64,000 nucleotides of DNA from Octopus vulgaris (Eukaryota): assembly GCA_951406725.2 (NCBI GenBank), contig OX597823.1:27528001-27592000 (forward strand). The letters are read 5' to 3'. The translations under genes and the position numbers were made by a program. The notes under the pieces are model-generated. The model saw nothing but the letters and a program-made list of their open reading frames with translations. It searched no databases and was not told where the DNA came from. This document shows positions 53,311 to 64,000 of this stretch, piece by piece. Position 1 is the first letter of the stretch. Every line of letters starts with the position of its first letter.

Positions 53311-55433
53311 TAAAATCCAGAGATGAATGTAAACGAGCATTGCCATCATACAAGCAATGTAATTTGCTTCCAGCCTTCTACAAAAAAGCATATTAGGGTG
53401 TGGAGAAATATTTTACTTGGAAAGAGGTTAATGTTGATAATCTGCTTCAAAAAATTGTATCCAACCCATGCAAGCATGGAAAAGTGGACGTTGAATGACA
53501 ATGAGATAGATAGTACCTAACAGGATTTGAACCAGGTGCATTTAACCATCAATACTCTTTTCTACTCTAGGTACAAGGCCCAAAATTTTTTGGAGAGACG
53601 GGGAGCCAGTAGAATAGATCGACCCCAGTACACAGCTGGTAGTTAATTTATTGATTCCAAAAGGATGAGAGGCAGAGTCGACCTCAGCGAGACAGACAAA
53701 ATACTGCTAAGCATTTCGCCCAGCATGCTAATGTTTCTGCCAGTTCGTCGCCTTCTAACCATCAATATTATCGTCATCATCATCAGGATCATTATTTTAC
53801 AGCTGTCTTTCCATGGCGGCATGTGTAGGAAGAAACTTAAAAGCATCTTCCTTGATGCAGAAAATAATCCTTTTAATAAATAAACAACTCATCTTTGACA
53901 TCGAGAAATATCCATATGGAAAAATATACACTTAAATGGTTGATGATGATGATGATGATGATGATTAGGAGGAGGGGAGGGGAGGGGGAGGACGAGGAAG
54001 AGGGAGGAGGAGGACGAGGAGGATGGGGAGGACGAGGAGGATGGGAAGGAGGAGGAGGAGGACGGGGAGGAGGAGGGTCAATAAATTAAGTACCAGTTAC
54101 GCACTGGAGTCAATGTAATCGACTTAATCCGTTTGTCTGTCCTTGTTTGTCCCCTCTGTGTTTAGCCCCTTGTGGGTAGTAAAGAGATAGATTAGGAGGA
54201 CGAGGATGAGGAGGACTGCAATCACAATGGCAAAGATAATAAAAACAATGGCGCTTAGGAAATTCATTGCAGACATTGTATGTAATATTGCATATAACCA
54301 TTAATATTCTTGAATTGTTACCTTAATTAGTAACTGTAGGATTACATTACAATCCTCTGTTCTTATGTCCTGGAGTGTGTAATGGAAACAGCCAGTGATT
54401 TATTATAGATACAACAGGAATTGGCGCCATCAGCCTATTGCTGTTGAAGTACGAGATGCACCTATGGATGAATAGTGACTCCTTCAAAATCTGATGGATG
54501 GATGATGATGATGATGATATTGGTGATGAGAGTGATGGTGCTGATGATGATAATGATGACTACACTAGTAATTATGGCGGTCACAATGACGCCAGTGGTT
54601 ACATCTGATGCTTGGTGATGACAATGGTTTTGATGATGGCACCGCCAGAGAAGAAATCAATATTAAATTATAGTCGAGAAAGAAAACGATGACAGTGGTG
54701 GTGGTGATGGTGGTGGTAATGTATCAGTGACGATGACGACGATGGTGGATATGAGGAGATGATGACGATGGTGGTGATGATGATGATAAACTGAGAGTGA
54801 ATGAGGAGAGGGAAAGAGTGAAAGAATGACACTCAGGCAGACAGGCATGCACACAAAGACGGGGGAGGGGTGATCTAAGGGAGACAACTTGTGGCAAAGC
54901 ATTTTTTTGTCTTTATGCTTTTATTTGTTTTAGTCATTTGACTATGGCCATGCTGGAGCACTGCCATAAAGGGTGTTAGTCAAAGAAATCAACCCCAGGA
55001 CTTATTCTTTGGCAAGCCTAGTACTTATTCTACACTTCCTTTTGCCTAAAAAAATCTATACGAATAAACATATGAATAAAAATAAAAGGAATGGCAAGAA
55101 AAATATCTACAAATAAAAATATAAGGGATGGCAAGAAAAATATATGAATAAAAATAAATACTAGTAAACATGGAGGCAATGACGAATAAATATTTTTGAA
55201 TAAAAGCTATAGTACTAATTACAAACTGCAAAATTTACAAGTGATACGAATGATAACTTTTAAAAATTTACAAAATAAAATAAAATAAAAAATAAAATAA
55301 AAATAACTTGATGGTAACGTAAAAGAAAAATATACAATTCACTGATGGCTCCATTATCCTACAACATCTTAATTATGGCTTAACATTGCAAAATCCAGCG
55401 AAGTACTCACACCCCTCCGTCCTGCTACTTTAA

Positions 55434-55652
55434 CCCTTTAGTGTTCAGATTACTCGGTTAAATGTAATACTTTTTCACTCAAATTGTTTTGAATTAATCA
55501 TGCATTATCTTATAGCTTTGAGGTTTCAATGATGTGATTGCTTAGTTTAGAATGTCAATGTAGGTTAGGTGTGAGGGGCTAGATATGGCCAGTTTGAATA
55601 TAAAACATGTAGAATATCTGGGCCAGATATGGCCGGTTTAAACACTAGAGGG
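55434..55652. mobile_element. piggyBac-type MITE
   Basis: TTAA TSD at 55430-55433 and 55653-55656. TIR CCCTTTAGTGTT / AACACTAGAGGG (11/12). Confidence 0.8.
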
Positions 55653-55855
55653 TTAAACTATTATTTAATTAACATATTATCTAAATAGTAAGCATGGTGC
55701 TTACTACAAAAATGCATCATGGGAACATTACTTTTTTTCTTTCATATTATTCTGCCCTTTAATCACTCACTATTATTCATCCCCACATCTAATGGTAAGT
55801 TTTTATTCATATTAAATAATAATAGCATTAATAAAACTTACGCTAAAATGTAGGG

Positions 55856-56370
55856 TCATGCATTATTAATTAGGCATTTCAGTCTATGTTTACATTTAAT
55901 TTTTCGTTCCTCCTGAGCATTAAGAAGCTCCGTTTTAGCCCATAATATATCCATGAATTTATGGGTACATAACAGACATGACCTATTTCCAATTCTATAA
56001 GATTTAGCCTAACATATTATCTCCCACTTTAATTCGTAATTAATTTCTTTTGTTTTTAAACTCCAAATGTATTTACTTAGTCCTGTAGAATTCCTAAGTT
56101 TCTTATTTTTACATGAATTCAAGTGCTGTGCTATTCGCTGTTTAATTTTATTCGATGTTAAACCTATATATGTGCTATCTGGGTATTTTTCAATATCCAT
56201 ATTATTTATTCCACTATTTTCATTACCATCTACTTTTACTGAAACCACACATTTATATACTACATCACTAACATTACATCTTCCATTAAATTTACATTGG
56301 TTTTTATCTCTACAGGTACAACTATTACGGTTTCTATCACTCCTATTCATATGCATATTTAATTTGTCAC
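55856..56370 (-). mobile_element. Penelope-like retroelement, C-terminal Cys-rich linker and GIY-YIG endonuclease fragment (one in-frame TAG at 56009-56011)
   Basis: SCTCRDKNQCKFNGRC..VVY..YIGLT..KQRIAQH..NSTGLSKYIWSLK..KWEII, continuing past the stop as AKSYRIGNRSCLLC..LLN..KCKH. This is the layout of Neptune/Naiad-type PLE C-termini. Confidence 0.85.
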
Positions 56371-56377
56371 ACCCTAA

Positions 56378-57052
56378 CAGTGGTGGAAACCTGTGGAACA
56401 GGTAGACCCAGGAAGAAATGGGATGAGGTGGTGAAGCACGACCTCCGAATGTTGGGCCTCACAGGAGCAATGACAAGCAACCTTTGGAGATATGCTGCAT
56501 TTGAGAAGACCCAGCAAGCTAAGTGAGATCGTAGTCATGGCTGATCCCAGTGTCGCATAACTGGCCCATTTAAAAAAAGCACCCTTCAATCGTTGGGCAA
56601 TACATTGTGCTTGTGAAAACCTGCTGAACAAGTGAAATGGTCATCATGGCCAACAACAGTGCCGCCTGACTGGCATCTATGCCAATGGCATTGTAAAAAG
56701 CACCATTCAAGTATGACCAATGCTAGGGTCACCTAACTGGCACCATTCCAGCGTGCCGATGCCAGTGCTGCCTGACTGGCACGCGTACTGGTGGTATGTA
56801 AAAGACACCATTCAAGTGTGACCAATGCCAGTGCCACCTGACTTGCACCCATGCTGGTGGCACATAAAAGGTACCCACTACACTTTCAGAGTGGTTGGTG
56901 TTAGGAAGGGCATCCAGCTGTAGAAACCTTGCCAAATCATATTGGAGCCTGGTGCAGCCTCCTGGCTTGCCAGTTCTCAGTGAAACCATCCAACCCATGC
57001 CAGCATGGAAAGCAGACATTAAACGCTGACGGTAACAACAATGATGATGATG
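56378..57052 (+). mobile_element. RTE-clade LINE 3' end (ORF C-terminus, 3' UTR with ~60-bp tandem hairpin units, (GAT)n tail)
   Basis: GRPRKKWDEVVKHDLRMLGL..LWRYA; ggtgttaggaagggcatccagctgtagaaac block. Confidence 0.8.
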
Positions 57053-57251
57053 AGCTAAGGGAATATAAATCAAATAGGCTAATAGCATGGCTTTTGATTA
57101 ATAACTTAAAATACTTATCTAAATTTCTACCATTGGCCTATTTGAGTTATTTCCCTTACCTCATCCAATTTTGTGTCTTTCAGTTCTACATATTCATATG
57201 TAATTTATTAAAGGATCAATAGTGTAAAATGATGTAAAATAAGTGACTTAC

Positions 57252-57315
57252 TTCTACTCCAGCCTGGTGTTCGGAATGTTTCTCGGATATTTTGAGTGAA
57301 CATTGGTATAACGGG
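57252..57315 (-). CDS. TMEM68: TMEM68-like internal exon
   Basis: ctattgcAG|...A|GTaagt, 64 nt, phase 0->1. Encodes PVIPMFTQNIRETFRTPGWSR (vertebrate TMEM68 recalled as PIIPMFTQNIREGFR). Confidence 0.93.
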
Positions 57316-57931
57316 CTGCAATAGAGGAAAGAAGAGAGGGTGTATGAGTGGGAGAGAGAGAGTAGAAGTAAGAGAGACTGAGAGAGCAAGAGTAAGGGAG
57401 ATGGAGAGAGGCAAAATGAGGAAGAGGACAAATAGAATGATTGACAATAAGAGAGGGAGAAAGCAAACTAGGGATAGAGATAAAAGAGAAAGAGAGATAG
57501 TAAGAAAAAGAGAGAGCTAATAAGAAAAAGAGAGATTAAGAATGAGAGACTATGAAAGCGAATGAGAGAGAAAGACTGAAACTAGAGAGGGGAGGAGAGA
57601 GAGAGAGAGAGGCAGATGGATAGGTGAAGCTAGCAAGAAATAACAATAAGCAAACTACTGGAAATAGCAGCTAAACTTTCCTCAAATCAAGTCCTAGGAT
57701 CCTCTAAAACTATGGGACAGTCACAGTTAGAATATTCCTGATGAGAGCTGATATGGGGCTAAACAACAACAAATAAAGGCTCACTTCAAGGCACAGACTA
57801 AATGCTCACAAGTTCAATCCTAGCCCAAGTAAGTTTATATACAGTGTATCTGAGTGACTGACAGAATATGAATGATTAAAATGGAATGATGGGGAGAGTA
57901 ATAACAGTCAAATAAGTTTCAAAAATGCTTT

Positions 57932-57969
<38 letters not shown>

Positions 57970-59308
57970 GCTACTGCTGCTGCTGCAATAATAACAACAT
58001 CAATAATGGTTTCAAATTTTGGCATGATGCCAACAATTTGGCATGAGAGTCTAGTTAATTACATTGGCCTCAGAGTTTGAAAGAAAGGTAAATTCAATCT
58101 CAGTCACATTTGAACTCAGAACATAAAACCAAAGCATAAAGCCAGAAGGAAAGCCACCAAGTCAATGCCAGCCATCCTGGTACTTTAGTCAACTTTGAAA
58201 GAATGACAGACAAGGCTGGCTTGAGCAGGTTTTTCAACTTAGAGTAAAAAAAAGACATGGAATAAATTCCACAAAGTCTTTTTCTTTTTCTGATACTCCA
58301 TTTCACTGTCCTAAATAAGAAGACATAAAAATATAATGATTTCTAACACAAGTGCAAGATCACAAAATTTAGTGAGTGAGTGTGAGTAGTGGTAGTGGTG
58401 GTGGGGTTCATAGTTGATTAAGGTACCCTCAATACATGACTGGTATTTATATTATAAAAAGTCAGAGTCAGTCTTAGTGAAATATTAACTTCAGAGAAGG
58501 CGGTGAGCTGGCAGAAATATTAGCACGCTGGGCGAAATGCTTAGCGGTATTTCGTCTGTCTTTGCATTCTGAGTTCAAATTATGCCAAGGTTAACTTTGC
58601 CTTTCATCTTTTCAGGGTCGATAAATTAAGTACCAGTTTCATACTGGGGTCAATCTAATCGACTGGCCCCCTCCCCCAAAATTTCAGTAGTTGTGCCTAG
58701 AGTAGAAAAGGATATAATGTACTGGGGTCAATCTAATTGACTGGCACCCACCCCTAAAATTTCAGGCTTTGTGCCAAGAGCAGAAAAGAAACGAATATTA
58801 ACTTCAGAGAAAGAGTTCACAAAATTGGTACAAGACATTATGCTTAGTGATCTACAGATCCTACTATTTACTGACACTGGAATAAAGCCAGAAATATTTG
58901 GAATAAGAAGAGGCACAGTTATTTTTGTTGAAGGATGGTGAAAAGTGAAGTCAACTCCTACATGATTTTAAAGCTAAATATAGAGATATACTGTGCACCA
59001 TAATATCAGACAATCTGCCAGTTCAGTTGTTTGATCAACTGCACTACCAACTCACTGAATAATAGCAGATAATCTGAGTATTCTACAGACATTTGTACAC
59101 TTTATATAATTCTCAAGAAAGCTCAGCAGAACAAAGTATGTGTGACGAAGATGGGCCCATGACTCACAGGTACATCTGATGGGCTTCTATGTAGTTTCCA
59201 TTTACTAAACTCTTAATTTATTGTACAATGCGGTACTGCATGAGGCTGCATTGGTTAGCCAGTTCTGAAACACACAAATTCATACGAATCATACTAACTT
59301 TCTATATA

Positions 59309-59655
59309 CAGTAGAACCTCGCGGTACGAGTGCCCCATTGTACAAGTAATTTGCTGTACAAGCCGAGAATCGTGCGAATTTTTGTCTAGAAGTACAGGTG
59401 GAAATCCACAGTACAAGCACACGAATTGTCCCATCTTTAAGGTAATTCAGTTAATAAAACCAGTTTACATATTTCTTTTGCATTCTCTTTTTTATAATTG
59501 TCATTTTACTTGTAACTGCATCTTTTCTATTTTAAAACCCATAAAAAATTATTTTTGAGTGGTTTTGTGGGGCTGGAACAGATTACTTATATTTTAGTTA
59601 ATTTCAATAGGGAAAATGTATTTGTAAAACAAGAAAATTGTAAGATGAGCTATTA
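59309..59655. mobile_element. Tigger/pogo-like MITE remnant
   Basis: TA|CAGTAGAACCTCG terminus with sub-terminal tacRag repeats; right end decayed. Confidence 0.5.
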
Positions 59656-60344
59656 CAGCATTTAAGTTTGAAGGAAATAAGGAACTCTCTGATGTAAGGG
59701 AGAAAACTTTAATCCCTTCACTTATTCATTTCTCTTTTGTAATGGGACCATTACAGGACTGGGTTTTTCACTAGGAAAATATCCAACAAGATATTGGCTT
59801 CAAAATTTTAGCACAAAGCTAGTAATTTCAGGGGTGGAGTAAATTGATTACATCGACCCCAGTGCTCAACTGGTACTTATTTTATTGACCCCGAAAGGAT
59901 GAAAGGCTAAGTTAACCTCAACAGAATTTGAACCTAAAAAGTACACGGATGAAATGTCACTAAATATTTTGTACAGCATGCTAACAATTCTACCAGCTCG
60001 CTGCTTTAAACATAATATTAACGGTTGATTTAGATCGCAAAATTTGGGTCAAACTTAGGCCAAGGTGCCACTCATGGGGATTGAACCTAGAACAATATGA
60101 TGACTCTGAAGCAAATTTCTTAACCATTTGGCAGTGCCTGCACACTATCATGCACACAATGCTGTGCAGTAAGAGTGAACCTGGAACTTTGTGATTGGGA
60201 TGCAAGTTTCTAAAAGCCAGAGAGTCATGCACCATTATATGGAAAATAGAGAGAAAAATATAAAAAAAAAAGAGGAAAAATAACAAAAAGCAAACTAACG
60301 AGAGTGAGGTAGAATTGAGAGTAAGAGTGAAAGGTTGAACTCAC

Positions 60345-60439
60345 CACATTTGCTTTAAGTGCAACTTTAGCAAAGCCAACTCGTTTGCTCCACATAATTT
60401 GGTAATATTCATCTCCAAAGAGGGCTTCTCGAAGACCAC
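60345..60439 (-). CDS. TMEM68: TMEM68-like internal exon
   Basis: acaacAG|...GTG|GTgagt, 95 nt, phase 1->0. Encodes (G)GLREALFGDEYYQIMWSKRVGFAKVALKANV, containing the PGGxREA and RxGFA motifs of DGAT2/TMEM68-type acyltransferases. Confidence 0.92.
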
Positions 60440-61264
60440 CTGTTGTTATCAGATGAAAGATAAAAATGACCTCTTGTTGAGCGTAAAATGGGAAAAACAG
60501 TAAAACAAAACAAAACACTGAACTGGAGGATATTTTGGAAAAAGTAACAACAACAAAAAGGGTTTACAATTTAGGAACAAGGCCAGAAAATTTGAGGGGA
60601 GTGGGAGTAGTTGAGACTATTTATCCCAGGACTCTGTTAGGCTCAATTATTTTGTCATCCCTGGAGGAATGAAAAGCAAGGTTAATTATGGCAAGATTCA
60701 AACTCAGAATGTAAAGAGTGAGAAGAAATACCAGAAAGCATTTTGTCCAATTCTATGATTCATCGAGTTCACTGCTCTTAGTATAGGCTTCAGATTTAGG
60801 CACAAGGCCAGTACTTTTGAAGAGAAAGAGTGTAGTCTATAACATCAATGATGGTACTTGACTGGTACATAATTTTATTGACCCCAGGGAGATGAAAAGC
60901 AAATTTTGACCTCAGTGCGGTTGAAAGAAATATTGGTCTGAAATTCTGGAACAAGGCCCACAATTTCTGGAGAATGGGGTAAGTTTCTATTACATCAACC
61001 CAATGCTCGACTGGTACCTATTTCATTGACCTCGAAAGAATCAAAGGCAAAGTCAGCCTCAGCAGAATTTGATCTCAGCATGCAGGGCAAACTGCAAAGT
61101 AGCATTTTGCCAGTCTTTATGTTCTAACGATTCTGCTAGATTGCTGCCTAATTGAAAGAAATATTAAAAGGTAATAGGATGTAAATGAGCATAAAATTTG
61201 ATTAAAGGTGTTAATTCAAATCACCTTAAGATGTGAAGTTTACATCATAGAACTAAAAAGTGGT

Positions 61265-61371
61265 CTCGGGTTGTGTGGTAAGAAACTTGCTTCCAAACCA
61301 CATGATTCTGGGTTCAGCTCCACTGTGTGGCAACTTAAATTTGTTAGAAAGAAACTGAAAGAAGCCCATGG

Positions 61372-61433
<62 letters not shown>

Positions 61434-62047
61434 CACACACACCATAGGTGTAGGAGTGGCTGTGTGCTAAGTAGCTGCTTACCAACCACATGGTTCTGGG
61501 TTCAGTCCCACTGCGTGGCACCTTGGGCAAGTGTCTTCTACTATAGCCTTATGCCAACCAAAGCCTTGTGAGTGTATTTGGTAGACGGAAACTGAAAGAA
61601 GCCCATCGTATATATGTATATATATACATACGTGTATGTATGTTTGTGTGTCTGTGTTTGCCCCCCAACATCGTTTGACAACCGATGCTGGTGTGTTTAT
61701 ATCTCTGTAACTAAGCGGTTCGGCAAAAGAGGCCGATAGAATAAGTACTGGGGTTGATTTGCTCGGCTAAAAGGTGGTGCTCCAGCATGGCCACAGTCAA
61801 ATGACTGAAACAAGTAAAAGAGTAAAAGATATATATGTACATATGTATGTGTTTGTGTGTCTGTGTTTGTCTCCACACCATCGCTTGATACCGATGTTGG
61901 TGTATTTACATCCCTGTAACTTAGCGGGTCAACAAAAGAGACTGATAGAATAAGCACCAGGCTTACAAAGAATAAGTCCTAGGGTTGATTTGTTCGGCTA
62001 AAAGCGGTGCTCCAGCATGGCCACAGTCAACTGACTGAGACAAGTCA
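61265..62047 (+). mobile_element. Cluster of three SINE family B copies (degenerate head, full copy 61445-61828, extra 3' half)
   Basis: Homology to 5603-5998. Confidence 0.85.
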
Positions 62048-62414
62048 ATGAATATGAGGAAAATTTATACCAGCTGCATGCACGGAAATTCCACGGTTAT
62101 TTTGAAAAATTATTAAAATTCTTACAAGTTCATAGAGAACCACGAAAAGCATGATTTTTACTGAAACTATTTTCCACCCAAATTGTATTTGAGATTGAGC
62201 AAATCCACACAGATGGATTTATTCATTCTCAAGAAGTTTTCTCTCAGAAGAATACATCTTTGGAAACTATATTCTTTGTCAACACTTTTACATAGAATGT
62301 AGTTATCTTATTTTTATCTTTATGTCAAAAAGGGAATGTGAAATAGAAAGAGTTACAAAAAAAAAATATAAAACATTACAAACATAAAAAGCAGTACAAA
62401 TATTGGTACTTTAC

Positions 62415-62513
62415 CTGGAGCAATAGCTAAAATATGTCCTTCATTCAGTAAGTTTATACAGCTCTGTACTGTACCAGGGGATACTTTGAAAGCTTCCATC
62501 AAAATCCTGACGA
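62415..62513 (-). CDS. TMEM68: TMEM68-like acyltransferase, internal exon (most 5' exon in the window)
   Basis: ttgttgcAG|...CCAG|GTaaag, 99 nt, phase 1->1. Encodes xVRILMEAFKVSPGTVQSCINLLNEGHILAIAP(G), resembling the TMEM68 segment ending in LLAISPGG. Confidence 0.88.
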
Positions 62514-62836
62514 CTGCAACAAGACAGAAATGTCACTAAGTTCCATATGACATACACATACTTCATACAATCCTCTCTCTTTATTGCATCCTCATCATCA
62601 TTTATCATGCACTTTCTCATGCTTGCATGAGTCAGACAGAACTTGTATTTGTTGAAACAGATTTTTCACAGCCACATGCCCTTCCTGTTGATAACACTCA
62701 CTTGTCTCTAAGTTAGGCAATATTTTCTCATGCCTGGGCATGTTTTTTCACAGAAGACTAGAAACGAACAACCTCACTTGTATGACAGTGAAGCTCATTT
62801 ACGGCCAACACACAATGTCTTGACAACAGTACACAC

Positions 62837-62870
<34 letters not shown>

Positions 62871-63092
62871 CTTTATTGCCCACAAGGGGCTAAACATAGA
62901 GGGGACAAACAAGCACAAACAAAGGGATTAAGTTGATTACATCGACCCCAGTGTGTAACTGGTACTTTATTTATCGACCTCGAAAGGATGAAAGGCAAAG
63001 TCAACCTTGGCGGAATTTGAACTCACAACGTAGTGACAGACGAAATACAGCTTCGCTTTTTGCGCCCGTGAGTGTGTGTATCATAAATAGTA

Positions 63093-63151
<59 letters not shown>

Positions 63152-63389
63152 TGCATATATGGGTACAGGACATTAGCAACGGTGCAAATACCATGAAATA
63201 CATAAACAAAGAGAAAAAATGGAAAACAAGACAAGTAAACACAGAGAAAGGACTCTTCATCAGCTGTCGGCTGTCTATCTACTCCTCGTTTCAAGCATTC
63301 AATGACAGATATGTCTCTCACAGAGTGGAAGGTAGCTTGTATGATACTTGTGTATAAACAGCAACGCTACATGATAGAACATGAGCTGT

Positions 63390-63695
63390 AAATGCAGAGG
63401 ACATGTGAAGCTTTGAAAGAAATTAAGCTAGCATGTTCCACTGGATATACTATGTCAGTATGCATGCTTTAAGTATAAATGTATTGAGATAAACATTGGG
63501 CTTAAGGGGCACCAGATGTAGTATGCAAGAGGGAAGACTGTACTGGTTTGGTCATAAGAGAAAGCCCCAGGAAGACCTGCAATGAGGTAGTGATAAATGA
63601 CTTGCAGATGTTGAACATCACAGAGGGGATGACATAGAACTGAGATGACTGGTGATTTGTTACGCTTGAGAAGACCCATGCATCCAAGTGAAAAT
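63390..63695 (+). mobile_element. Decayed RTE ORF C-terminal fragment
   Basis: RLYWFGH..PRKTCNEVVINDLQMLNI..LEKT, similar to 56378-56525. Confidence 0.6.
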
Positions 63696-64000
63696 GAGTT
63701 TCGCAATCAAGCAGTCATGTTTGTTATTTCATATCTTTTACCCTATTTCTTCGTGCTTCTTTTATTTTTTCTTTCTCTCAGAGTTGGAGGTGATTGAATT
63801 CAAGAAATCCAGTATTTTGATCCACATCAGTATGGTAGTCCAGAAGACAATGAACAAAAAGAAATGAAAATAACAAAAACAAACAAAGCAAGGGAAAAAA
63901 TGTAGAAAGTCAATATTAAAAAATGGTTAATGTATCAATATTTTGGACAATTTGCCCTTTATCAAGATAGATATAGAAGACAAGAAAAAAACTGAGAGAA

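Noticed and set aside
56009-56011. In-frame stop in the Penelope ORF as possible selenocysteine
   Set aside because: The codon is TAG, not TGA, so it is an ordinary nonsense mutation.
63782-63870. Possible + strand exon after a polypyrimidine/AG
   Set aside because: No recognisable peptide, no partner exons, and it is antisense within a TMEM68 intron.

Overview
This is AT-rich, microsatellite-dense eukaryotic DNA. The SINE families and (TA)n/(CA)n load point to an octopus genome (inference). Two host genes converge tail-to-tail. The last coding exon of a class A, neuropeptide-type GPCR lies at 5029-5274 (+). Seven phase-consistent exons covering the C-terminal half of a TMEM68-like acyltransferase lie at 62513->44665 (-), and its 5' exons are beyond the window. 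The rest is mobile-element debris: three abundant SINE families; RTE, CR1/L2-group, L1/Tx1 and R4/Dong LINE remnants; a Penelope GIY-YIG fragment; mariner, maT and rosa-like transposons; a Helitron; and piggyBac, hAT and Tc1/pogo MITEs. The main signal not shown by the ORF track is a dense set of type I hammerhead ribozyme motifs, about a dozen ranging from well-formed to fossil. They have palindromic minimal stem III, belong to several unrelated short elements in or next to (TA)n tracts, and are often arranged as inverted pairs. One pair sits inside a 238-bp-arm hairpin. This matches Penelope pLTR/retrozyme-like biology. All calls are by eye and no database searches were run.
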